Assembly (NCBI GenBank): GCA_020628305.1
Contig: JAHDFH010000001.1
Span: 65,306-129,305, forward strand
Length of the DNA: 64,000 nucleotides
Reading direction: 5' to 3'
Origin: Acidimicrobiales bacterium
GTDB taxonomy: Bacteria; Actinomycetota; Acidimicrobiia; Acidimicrobiales; SZUA-35
The notes beneath the pieces were generated by a model, which was not told the DNA's origin, did no database searches, and was given only the letters and a program-made list of their open reading frames with translations. Position 1 is the stretch's first letter. Every line of letters begins with the position of its first letter. Positions 17,843-26,285 of this stretch are shown piece by piece. Made by a program: the position numbers and the translations under genes.

Positions 17843-19509
17843 TGGAAGCGCTTTTACTCCAAACAAACTACAGATCAATCGGCATTGCCTTTGCCCTGAT
17901 AACTTTCATTGGCTTTGTTATCATCTTCTTCGCCAACAGTCGTAAAGCTCGTAAAGAAATCGGTAACGAGATTGAGCTTGCTGCCAACCGCAAAGAATAT
18001 TACGACGACGAGGATATGGAAGGCCTGCGCCTTGATCGTTCTTTGTCCTTCGCTTTAGTGTCGTTGTTGTTCATTGCTCTGTCATTTGGTTTCTACATGA
18101 TTGCCGAGCCAGGCCGCCAAGAAGGTGCGGTTCAAAACAAGATCGAGACTTTCCAAAGGCGCGGTGAGGACACCTACGTTAATGGAGCACAATGCGTCAA
18201 CTGTCACGCAGCTGATGGCTCTGGTGGTGGGGCAGCGTATGTGCTCCAAGACGCTGATGGTCAATTTATAGCAAACGCTAACTGGATGGCTCCTGCGTTG
18301 AATAACGTGTTGCTTCGCTACTCAGAAGAAGAGATCACTTACATCCTTAACTTTGGTCGGAATGGCTCGCCGATGGCCGCATGGGGCACGCCTGGTGGAG
18401 GGCCGTTAACCTCTCAAGCTGTACAGAACGTTATTGAGTATTTGAAAACCCTTCAAGTCCAAAGCATCGAACCAACCGACATTGCAGCTGCCGGCAATGA
18501 GAACCCCGATAACAGCGAAAACGATTTGGACGACGAAGAATCTCAAAAGGCTCAGGAAGAAGCCGACCGTCTAACAGCTTCGGTTAGGGCTGAGGTTGAT
18601 AGGTCGCTCGCCGATGGTGAGTTTGCGACGGTCGGGGAGGCCGTGTTTAACCTGGGACTGTACTCAGGGTTTGGAGCGGGATCCTATTCTTGTGCCCGCT
18701 GTCATACATCGGGCTGGTCGCTCGGAATTGATGCGTCCCCGAATGTTCTAGATGAAGGTGTGGCCGCCTGCGGTGGTGGGACGACCGGTATTGGGTTCAA
18801 CTTGTGTGGCGGTTCGATCGAAACTCGCTTCCCCAATGACACTTGGAAGATGCCTGACGGCTCTTGGATGCCGCCCGAAGGCTTAACTAATGACGATGGC
18901 GAATCGATAGTTCTTACAATGGATGGTACTGAAATTGTTCTTGATGAACGAGGCCGCCCAGTCGATGCAGATGGTAACCCGTATCTTGTCTTAACTGATG
19001 GTTTGATTGATGCCCGCTCTGCGGCCCCTGCGGTGGATGAACCAGCTGAAGAGGATGAAATCATCGATGATGAGACTACCGCTGCGGTTGCTGCAGAAGT
19101 CGAAACAGGATCAGCTTTGCTCGGATTGGCTGGGGATTTAGCACAGTGTGACTTTGTTTCAGAGCTGTATACGCCCGCTGACGGAGCAACATATCCAGTG
19201 GATCCAGATTCTGAACCTGTGGTCGGTGAAGACGGTGAGCTCTCTTCACCTGAAGCTTTGAATCCTGATGATTTTTCAGAGCCTGTTTACACTTTGGATT
19301 CTGGACGTCTGGCAAGCGGTTGTGAAATTATCGAGATGCCGGAAAGAACTAGCGACGCCCACTATGACTTCATCTACGATGGGGCTAACGCCGGGCAAGG
19401 CTACGGAAATGGCGGCATGTCGAGCGCTGGTATGATGCCTGGTTTTGGCAAAATGCTACCTCCTGAGTACATCCAAGCAGTAGTCGACTATGAGCGAGGT
19501 CTTGAGTAA
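17842..19509 (+). CDS. membrane-anchored diheme c-type cytochrome (555 aa)
   Basis: Heme motifs CVNCH and CARCH. N-terminal TM helices. Long acidic insertions. The start overlaps the Rieske stop (TGATG). Confidence 0.85.
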   Translation: MEALLLQTNYRSIGIAFALITFIGFVIIFFANSRKARKEIGNEIELAANRKEYYDDEDMEGLRLDRSLSFALVSLLFIALSFGFYMIAEPGRQEGAVQNKIETFQRRGEDTYVNGAQCVNCHAADGSGGGAAYVLQDADGQFIANANWMAPALNNVLLRYSEEEITYILNFGRNGSPMAAWGTPGGGPLTSQAVQNVIEYLKTLQVQSIEPTDIAAAGNENPDNSENDLDDEESQKAQEEADRLTASVRAEVDRSLADGEFATVGEAVFNLGLYSGFGAGSYSCARCHTSGWSLGIDASPNVLDEGVAACGGGTTGIGFNLCGGSIETRFPNDTWKMPDGSWMPPEGLTNDDGESIVLTMDGTEIVLDERGRPVDADGNPYLVLTDGLIDARSAAPAVDEPAEEDEIIDDETTAAVAAEVETGSALLGLAGDLAQCDFVSELYTPADGATYPVDPDSEPVVGEDGELSSPEALNPDDFSEPVYTLDSGRLASGCEIIEMPERTSDAHYDFIYDGANAGQGYGNGGMSSAGMMPGFGKMLPPEYIQAVVDYERGLE

Positions 19510-20408
19510 TGGGTAACACTTTCCTGGCCTTCATCGATGGAGTTGATTTTAATATCTTCTTCAGAGGGCTCTTGTCCACTTTGACGATGTTCGTTGTTCT
19601 GTGCGGTGCTACTTACATGATCATCGCTACCAACGTTGGCGTTCGTAAAGGCATGTTAGTAGCATCAGCTGGATTCTTTGGCTGGATGTTTCTGATGGGA
19701 ATAATATGGACCATTTATGGAGCGGGTTGGGTTGGAGCGACACCAACGTGGGAACTGGTTGAGATCAACCGAGGAGATTTAAGTGTCGCAGAGACTGAGG
19801 AATCTAACGCCCTTGCTGGAGTCGACCTCTCAGAGCTAGTAACGGAGCAAGACCCAGATCTTGCCCAGGCTCAGGCTTTAGAGATCTCTAGAACTCAAGA
19901 TCTATCTGGCTGGGATTTTCTGCCAGCCTCTAACTCCACTCGAGGCGAAGCCCAGTCATCAGTCGATGAATACCTTCTCGAAACAGGTGCCTACGGTTCA
20001 ACTGAGGAATACGTAGCGCTTCAGTTCGGGGCATTCACAACTGGCGGAAAGCCAAAACTGAAAGACGACCCAACTGCAGTTGATAGATTCGTGCATTTCT
20101 TCGACGAGACATTTGCTAATCCGCTTCATAAACAAGAGCTAATAATGATCCAGGTTCAGGGAGCCAAGGATGTGTTCTCTTTCACAGGTGGGACCCCTCC
20201 TGTGGCTGAGATTGACTCCAATAAGGATGTAGTCAGCGTCATCATGGAACGTAATCGTGGTGGCCCAATTCCATCACTAATTAGTGGCTTGAGATTTACG
20301 CCGTTCATGTTCACTGTGGTCAATGGATTGATCTTTCTGATCTGTTCATGGGCGTTGCACAAACGAGATAAGAGAGAAGCGTTGGCCTTGGCGGGAGCGG
20401 CTGCTTGA
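19509..20408 (+). CDS. hypothetical membrane protein linking the bc cluster to nuoA
   Basis: 299 aa with 2 N-terminal TM helices, 1 C-terminal TM helix and a soluble middle. TAATG overlap with the cytochrome c gene and TGATG overlap with nuoA. Confidence 0.6.
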   Translation: MGNTFLAFIDGVDFNIFFRGLLSTLTMFVVLCGATYMIIATNVGVRKGMLVASAGFFGWMFLMGIIWTIYGAGWVGATPTWELVEINRGDLSVAETEESNALAGVDLSELVTEQDPDLAQAQALEISRTQDLSGWDFLPASNSTRGEAQSSVDEYLLETGAYGSTEEYVALQFGAFTTGGKPKLKDDPTAVDRFVHFFDETFANPLHKQELIMIQVQGAKDVFSFTGGTPPVAEIDSNKDVVSVIMERNRGGPIPSLISGLRFTPFMFTVVNGLIFLICSWALHKRDKREALALAGAAA

Positions 20409-20884
20409 TGGAACAGTACCTTCCAATCTTTGCTCTGTTGGTCTTAGCAGTGCTGTTCGCTGCGATCTCGTTTATTGCATCCCGTTTGCTAAGCCCGAGC
20501 CTTTCCACTGTTGAGAAATCAGCGCCGTATGAATGTGGCATAATCCCTAACCAGGAACCATCGGAGCGGTTTCCAGTCAAGTTCTATCTTGTTGCAATGC
20601 TCTTTGTAATATTCGACATTGAGATTATTTTCTTGTACCCATGGGCCGTTGAGTATATGAACTTGGGTGCCGCAGGCTATTTCGCGATTCTGTTGTTCTC
20701 CGCACTAGTTTTCGAATCGTTTATTTATCTGATTTCAAAAGGCGCCCTCGATTGGGGTCCTTTGCAACTCAACCGTAATCAGTCGGCGATAGCTGGAAAG
20801 CCAAACGCTTTTTCTACTGCCACTGCTGGTGTCCGCATCGTTGGCACTGAAGGACGTTTCGAACACGCGAAAGAAGTAGCTTAG
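20408..20884 (+). CDS. nuoA: NADH-quinone oxidoreductase subunit A
   Basis: YECGI...FPVKFYLVAMLFVIFDIEIIFLYPWA. C-terminal extension of about 40 aa. Confidence 0.9.
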   Translation: MEQYLPIFALLVLAVLFAAISFIASRLLSPSLSTVEKSAPYECGIIPNQEPSERFPVKFYLVAMLFVIFDIEIIFLYPWAVEYMNLGAAGYFAILLFSALVFESFIYLISKGALDWGPLQLNRNQSAIAGKPNAFSTATAGVRIVGTEGRFEHAKEVA

Positions 20885-21460
20885 ATGGGCATCTCGGACA
20901 TTCAGAGCCAGGGGATAGAAGGCCTTGACCATAACTTCTTGACAGCGCCCCTTGAAAAGCTTGTTAACTGGTCACGAGCAAGGTCTTCGTGGCCAGCAAC
21001 TTTCGGCCTCGCTTGTTGCGCTATCGAAATGATGGCTACTGGTGGTTCTCATTACGATCTTGCTCGTTTGGGCATGGAAGTATTTAGAGCTTCTCCAAGA
21101 CAGGCAGATGTGATGATTGTGGCGGGACGAGTTAGCCAGAAAATGGCCCCGGTCCTTAGACAGATTTATGACCAGATGATGGAACCTAAGTGGGTTATTT
21201 CCATGGGAGTTTGCGCATCCTCTGGAGGAATGTTCAACAACTATGCAATTGTTCAGGGTGTTGATCAGATTGTGCCGGTCGATGTGTATGCGCCTGGTTG
21301 TCCTCCAGGCCCAGAGACACTGCTTCATGCAATCACAACGCTTCACACTCAAATCGAAAATGGTGAACTTCTCAAACGGCGAGAGGCTAACGGTGGTGCC
21401 GGAGCCGGCATGTACATAGAACAACTAGACGGACAAACGCTAAGCATCGGAGCGGCATAA
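20885..21460 (+). CDS. nuoB: NADH-quinone oxidoreductase subunit B
   Basis: N2-cluster Cys motifs: [19 protein letters not shown] and PGCPP. Confidence 0.95.
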   Translation: MGISDIQSQGIEGLDHNFLTAPLEKLVNWSRARSSWPATFGLACCAIEMMATGGSHYDLARLGMEVFRASPRQADVMIVAGRVSQKMAPVLRQIYDQMMEPKWVISMGVCASSGGMFNNYAIVQGVDQIVPVDVYAPGCPPGPETLLHAITTLHTQIENGELLKRREANGGAGAGMYIEQLDGQTLSIGAA

Positions 21461-21464
21461 GTTC

Positions 21465-21543
21465 GGTAGGGGCGGTCCTATCCGGCTTTTGCTGTCATCC
21501 CTCGGCATCAAGCCTCAGGGAATGACTTGGTGGTCAGGTGTGG
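21465..21543 (+). repeat. bipartite intergenic repeat (module A + module B), copy 1
   Basis: GGTAGGGGCGGTCCTATCCGGCTTTT followed by GTCATCCCTCGGCATCAAGCCTCAGGGAATGACTTGGTGGTCAGGTGTGG. The B half is nearly identical to 38681-38734 and the A half to 39513-39539. Confidence 0.8.
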
Positions 21544-22352
21544 CGTACCCATCCTTCAGGGGAACCCAAATTAGGCATGGCAGTTTCGCCCTGAGCGTCA
21601 GGGGAAGACCGATAGCAGCGCACTCGGTTTACCTTCTCCTTGACACCTGAAAGCCAGAGAGATTCTTTGACTACTAAGCGGCGTTCAGCAATTTCCTCCT
21701 TCAAGCGCCCAGCAGCACCGTGTTCGAGGTTCCAGTTCTCCGTAGCATCTCCGAGTACCACCTCAGCTAGCCGCGTTATTTGAGCGTAACGTTCCATACA
21801 GACGGTGGCGATTTCGCTGAACAATACGTGATCTGTGGTTGTAAAGGCGATGTAGCACAGAAGCTCAGCAACTAGATCATCTAGCCTCAATTTGCTGGTG
21901 GTATCCAGCTCAGGTCGAAGAGCAACTTCCAGCTCGACTTTCGGGAAGGCCTCAGCTAGATCGACCAAAATAGTCACCCACCAAGTTGAGCCTTCGCTCG
22001 AAAAGGCATAGTTCTGGACGAGTGAGTCAAGATCAAGACCTCTTTTGAGGCGAGGGGAGAAGAGCGTGAAGCCTAGGCCCGAGGCTTGGAGAGAGTTGAG
22101 TGTTAGTTGTCTTGATTTATCGTCAAGGTTCAGAAGCGATACATTGTGTTTCAGCATTGCCCTGGATGTTCTTTCCAACCGTTCGAAACCCAGGAGGGCT
22201 AGGACGAGGTCCTCATACGGAATTCTGCCATGTCTGAGTAGCTTGAGGAATTCATCACGGTCGTCGTTAAAGAGCCTAAGATGGTCCTCAATTCCCCTCC
22301 ATGCAGCAATGGTGATTATCGGTTCCGCCATTAGTCGAAGTCTAGACAGCAA
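21534..22352 (-). CDS. hypothetical protein (272 aa), antisense to the nuo operon
   Basis: Intact ORF with no recognisable motif. The last approximately 10 nt of the ORF, including its stop codon, lie within repeat copy 21465-21543. Confidence 0.55.
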   Translation of the reverse strand: MLSRLRLMAEPIITIAAWRGIEDHLRLFNDDRDEFLKLLRHGRIPYEDLVLALLGFERLERTSRAMLKHNVSLLNLDDKSRQLTLNSLQASGLGFTLFSPRLKRGLDLDSLVQNYAFSSEGSTWWVTILVDLAEAFPKVELEVALRPELDTTSKLRLDDLVAELLCYIAFTTTDHVLFSEIATVCMERYAQITRLAEVVLGDATENWNLEHGAAGRLKEEIAERRLVVKESLWLSGVKEKVNRVRCYRSSPDAQGETAMPNLGSPEGWVRHT

Positions 22353-22450
22353 ACATCGAAAAAGTACCTATATCAGTGGTCAGAAATGTTGGTCAGGGTA
22401 GAGTTGAGCTCTGTGATCCGCCAAGCTAGTTTGTCAGTCCTGGAGAATCG

Positions 22451-22990
22451 ATGAGCGATTCAATTCCAGAGGTTGAAGATGTCGAAATTGAGATCCATGG
22501 AAGCAATTCTGAGGTGCTATTTGGCTGCCCCGTAAGCTACTCGATGGGTCAGACTGTTATCCACCCAAGTAGGAGTCACTGGCTTCAGGTCGCTACTAAC
22601 TTGCTTAACGACGGCTATAACATGTGTGTCGATTTGACTGCCGTTGACTACTTATCCAATGACACTAGGGAACTGCCAGAAGGCATAGTTCTTGAACGGT
22701 TCGAGGTTGTAGCTTCGTTTGTATCCCATGAAAGAGCTGAGCGCCTTAGGGCTCGAGTGCAAATTTCTGGATCTGATCCGACTATCGATTCCCTCTACGA
22801 GATTTATCCAGGAACAGACTTTCTAGAACGAGAAGTTTATGACATGTTTGGCATCACTTTCGAAGGCCATCCTGATTTGTCCCGAATCTTGATGCCAGAA
22901 GAGTGGCAGGGGCATCCACTGCGCAAAGACTTTGATGTTGGGGCTATCCCAGTGCAGTTTAAGTATCCACAGGGTGAGAAATATGATTGA
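22451..22990 (+). CDS. nuoC: NADH-quinone oxidoreductase subunit C
   Basis: EREVYDMFGITFEGHPDLSRILMPEEWQGHPLRKDF. Confidence 0.9.
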   Translation: MSDSIPEVEDVEIEIHGSNSEVLFGCPVSYSMGQTVIHPSRSHWLQVATNLLNDGYNMCVDLTAVDYLSNDTRELPEGIVLERFEVVASFVSHERAERLRARVQISGSDPTIDSLYEIYPGTDFLEREVYDMFGITFEGHPDLSRILMPEEWQGHPLRKDFDVGAIPVQFKYPQGEKYD

Positions 22991-24272
22991 TTCACCTGAG
23001 AAGCAGGTAGTTACTTCCCAGCTTGGGAAGCTTCCGAAGCTAGATTCTGTTCTTCGTATGTCTGAGGTGCAGGCGGCTGAAGCTGGCTCTTCTGCTTATC
23101 AAAACGATGACGAGACCATGATTATCAACATGGGGCCATCACACCCCTCAACGCACGGTGTGCTTCGTTTAATGCTCGAGCTTAAGGGTGAAATGGTGCT
23201 TCGGTCCAAGCCAATTATGGGGTACCTCCATACTGGCATGGAAAAAACCGGCGAAGAGCTTACCTACTTGCAGGGTGCAACAAATGTCACCCGCATGGAC
23301 TACGCCTCGCCTCTCTTCAATGAGCTAGCGTTTTCTCTGGCCGTTGAAAAACTTGTCGGGATGGAAATCCCAGAGCGAGCTACCTGGATTCGCATGCTGA
23401 TGTGTGAGCTCAACCGCATCTCCTCTCATTTGTTGTTTATGGCAACGAATGGCATGGATTTGGGTGCTGTGTCAATGATGATCTACGGCTGGCGAGAACG
23501 AGAGCAAGTTCTTCGATTCTTCCAAAAAGTTACAGGCCTGAGAATGAATCACAACTACATCCGCCCAGGGGGAGTGGCAGCCGATTTGCCACCGGGTTGG
23601 GAAGAAGATGTCAACTCCTTGATGGAGATGCTTCCTCCAAGGCTCGAAGAGTATGACACGCTAATGACGAACCAGCCGATTTGGCGGGAACGCCTTCAAG
23701 GTGTTGGGTTCTTAAGCAAAGAAGAGGCACTGGCTTTGTCGATTACTGGGCCACTCTTACGCTCTGCTGGGGTTGCCTGGGATTTGCGCAGCACAATGCC
23801 TTATCTTGCATATGACCAAGTTGATTTCGATGTTTTGGTTGGTAGTTACGGAGATTGCTTTGACCGGTACTCCATTCGCCTCAACGAAATTCGTGAATCG
23901 ATGAAAATCGTAAAGCAGATCGTCGAGAAAATGCCGGAGGGTGACTACCGTGTTCAGGATAAAAAGATCACGCCGCCACCTCGAGCTCGGATTGATGAGT
24001 CGATGGAAGCTTTGATCCACCATTTTAAGATCTTTACAGAGGGCTACAAAGTTCCGGCAGGCGAAGTATATGTGGCAGTAGAGTCTCCACGAGGCGAGCT
24101 GGGCTGCTACATAGTTTCAGATGGCTCATCAAAGCCTTACCGCATGCATATTCGTGGCCCTAGCTTTGTCAACCTTCAAGTGCTTCCACATATGTTGGCC
24201 AACTCTCAGATTGCTGATGCAGTAGCCATTCTTTCAAGTGTTGATCCAATTCTTGGCGAGGTAGATAGATGA
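22983..24272 (+). CDS. nuoD: NADH-quinone oxidoreductase subunit D
   Basis: NMGPSHPSTHGVLRL and C-terminal SVDPILGEVDR. ATG 22983 overlaps the nuoC stop. The track ORF's earlier start lies inside nuoC. Confidence 0.95.
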   Translation: MIDSPEKQVVTSQLGKLPKLDSVLRMSEVQAAEAGSSAYQNDDETMIINMGPSHPSTHGVLRLMLELKGEMVLRSKPIMGYLHTGMEKTGEELTYLQGATNVTRMDYASPLFNELAFSLAVEKLVGMEIPERATWIRMLMCELNRISSHLLFMATNGMDLGAVSMMIYGWREREQVLRFFQKVTGLRMNHNYIRPGGVAADLPPGWEEDVNSLMEMLPPRLEEYDTLMTNQPIWRERLQGVGFLSKEEALALSITGPLLRSAGVAWDLRSTMPYLAYDQVDFDVLVGSYGDCFDRYSIRLNEIRESMKIVKQIVEKMPEGDYRVQDKKITPPPRARIDESMEALIHHFKIFTEGYKVPAGEVYVAVESPRGELGCYIVSDGSSKPYRMHIRGPSFVNLQVLPHMLANSQIADAVAILSSVDPILGEVDR

Positions 24273-24907
24273 GTCGTTTAACTTCTGCTGCCGTGATTGA
24301 AGCTGAGGAGATTATTGCCCGCTATCCGAGGAAGAAATCGGCCCTCATTCCTTTGCTGCATTTGGCTCAGGCTCAGGATGGTTACGTCGCTGACGACGCA
24401 ATGGAACACATTGCGGAGTTGCTGGATATCACACCAGTCGAAGTTCTTGGGACGTGCTCATTCTATGAAATGTTTAAGAGAGAGCCTGTTGGTAAGTATC
24501 TAGTAAACATCTGCACCAATATTTCGTGCCAGCTGATGGGTGGCGAAGAGCTCCTCCACCATGCAGAAAAGACGCTAGGGATCAAGTCTGGTGGAACAAC
24601 TGAAGACGGCATGTTTACCATTGAAGATGTTGAATGTATTGCAGCTTGTACCGAAGCTCCCTGTATGCAGGTGAACTATCGCTATGCCGGACGTTTGGAC
24701 GAGGTCCGTTTCGACAAGATAGTTTCTGAGATAAGAGAAGGCAAGCTTGCCATACCAGCCCACGGCAATCTTGGTGATGTGAAACAGCACATCCCACAAG
24801 AACGCGAGTCTGGCATCAAGCCTCCAGAACAAACTGAAGCTCCTGCCTGGTTTGTTCGCCGCATGTCAGAATCTGAGAGTGAGGTAACTATCAATGCCAA
24901 CAAATAA
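24269..24907 (+). CDS. nuoE: NADH-quinone oxidoreductase subunit E
   Basis: 2Fe-2S Cys pattern: GTCSFYEMF, CTNISCQLMG, CIAACTEAPCMQVN. Confidence 0.9.
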   Translation: MSRLTSAAVIEAEEIIARYPRKKSALIPLLHLAQAQDGYVADDAMEHIAELLDITPVEVLGTCSFYEMFKREPVGKYLVNICTNISCQLMGGEELLHHAEKTLGIKSGGTTEDGMFTIEDVECIAACTEAPCMQVNYRYAGRLDEVRFDKIVSEIREGKLAIPAHGNLGDVKQHIPQERESGIKPPEQTEAPAWFVRRMSESESEVTINANK

Positions 24908-26285
24908 CTACCTCCCTCACCTTGATGGCTATGTGGACAACGAAGGTCCAAAGATTGTCACCTCAAGATTTAACGATCCAAACAACTACAAGATTTCTAA
25001 CTACAAAGCCTCCGGCGGTTACCAAGCTCTTGAATCAGCACTCGACATATCACCGGATGCTGTAGCCGCTGAGATCAAAGATGCGATTCTCCTCGGTCGT
25101 GGGGGTGCGGGCTTTCCTGCTGGCCTTAAGTGGGGCTTCCTGCCCGATGTCTACCCGCGTTACCTCGTGGTCAATGGTGACGAATCTGAACCTGGAACCT
25201 ACAAAGATAGACTCTTGATGGAGCATGATCCTCACCAACTTATTGAGGGTTGCCTGATTACTTGCTATGCGCTGGGTATTGAGACTTGCTTTCTTTATGT
25301 GAGGGGCGAGATGGCTCTTGCTCAAGAAAGGCTTGCCCAAGCCCTAAACGATGCCTACGCTCAAGGCTATATTGGCAAAAACATCTATGGAACTGACGTT
25401 GGAATCGACATCGTTCTGCACTGGGGAGCTGGAGCTTACATAGTTGGCGAAGAAACAGCACTGATTGAATCACTCGAAGGCAATCGTGGGATGCCTCGCC
25501 TTAAGCCCCCTTTCTTTCCAGCGGTGAAGGGCGTCTACATGAAGCCAACCATTGTTAACAATGTTGAGACGCTTTCAAACGTGCCTTGGATTGTTACTAA
25601 CGGTGCTGATAAGTACAAGGAGTTTGGTTCGGAGGCGTCTCCTGGTTCGCGCATGTTGGCCATCTCAGGTCATGTGAATAGGCCTGGCGTGTACGAAGTG
25701 GAACAGGGCGAAGTGACATTTAGGGAGCTTTTCTACGGTGATAACTACTGTCAGGGCATCCGAAACGATGGAGATGTCAAGATGTTCATCCCCGGCGGAG
25801 GCTCAGCCCCATGGTTCTTTGAAGAACAACTCGATCTGCCTTTAGAAGCTAAAGCTGTTGGAGCGGCAGGTTCTATGCTTGGGTCGGGAGCCATTGTGGT
25901 GATGGATCAAACAACTGACGCGGTTAAGGCCTGTTTGCGAGTAGTTCGTTTCTTTGCAAGAGAATCGTGTGGTAAGTGCACTCCCTGTCGTGAAGGCACT
26001 TCTTGGGAAGAGAAGATTTTGCAGCGCATTCTAGATGGTGCTGGCCGCCCAGAAGATCTCGATTTGCTACTTGATGTTGGTTCACAAATTTCTCCAGGAG
26101 ATTACCCGAAAGCGGCTTGGGAAGCTGAAGGTCTTGAAGCGGTTCCGTTCCCACCCAAGCAAACCACCATCTGTCCGTTGGGGCCATCTTCTGTAGCTCC
26201 AATCACTTCAGCCTTACGCCGCTTCCGGCCAGAGTTTGAAGCTAAGATTGCCGCCGGACGCACAACAGTTGGGGCGAGTTCATGA
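24894..26285 (+). CDS. nuoF: NADH-quinone oxidoreductase subunit F
   Basis: GRGGAGFPAGLKW, NGDESEPGTYKDR (FMN/NADH site) and ESCGKCTPCREG (N3 cluster). Confidence 0.95.
   Translation: MPTNNYLPHLDGYVDNEGPKIVTSRFNDPNNYKISNYKASGGYQALESALDISPDAVAAEIKDAILLGRGGAGFPAGLKWGFLPDVYPRYLVVNGDESEPGTYKDRLLMEHDPHQLIEGCLITCYALGIETCFLYVRGEMALAQERLAQALNDAYAQGYIGKNIYGTDVGIDIVLHWGAGAYIVGEETALIESLEGNRGMPRLKPPFFPAVKGVYMKPTIVNNVETLSNVPWIVTNGADKYKEFGSEASPGSRMLAISGHVNRPGVYEVEQGEVTFRELFYGDNYCQGIRNDGDVKMFIPGGGSAPWFFEEQLDLPLEAKAVGAAGSMLGSGAIVVMDQTTDAVKACLRVVRFFARESCGKCTPCREGTSWEEKILQRILDGAGRPEDLDLLLDVGSQISPGDYPKAAWEAEGLEAVPFPPKQTTICPLGPSSVAPITSALRRFRPEFEAKIAAGRTTVGASS

Noticed and set aside
22932-22982. Upstream-extended starts given by the ORF track for nuoD (22932), nuoH (28663), nuoM (33399), nuoB2 (45664), the subunit-IV-like gene (16192), the bc-cluster membrane gene (14400), nhaA (1787) and glyA (63240).
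   Set aside because: The extensions overlap the preceding gene by tens of codons and encode non-homologous sequence. Internal ATG/GTG/TTG codons that overlap or abut the upstream stop, often with an SD sequence, give N-termini matching the protein families.
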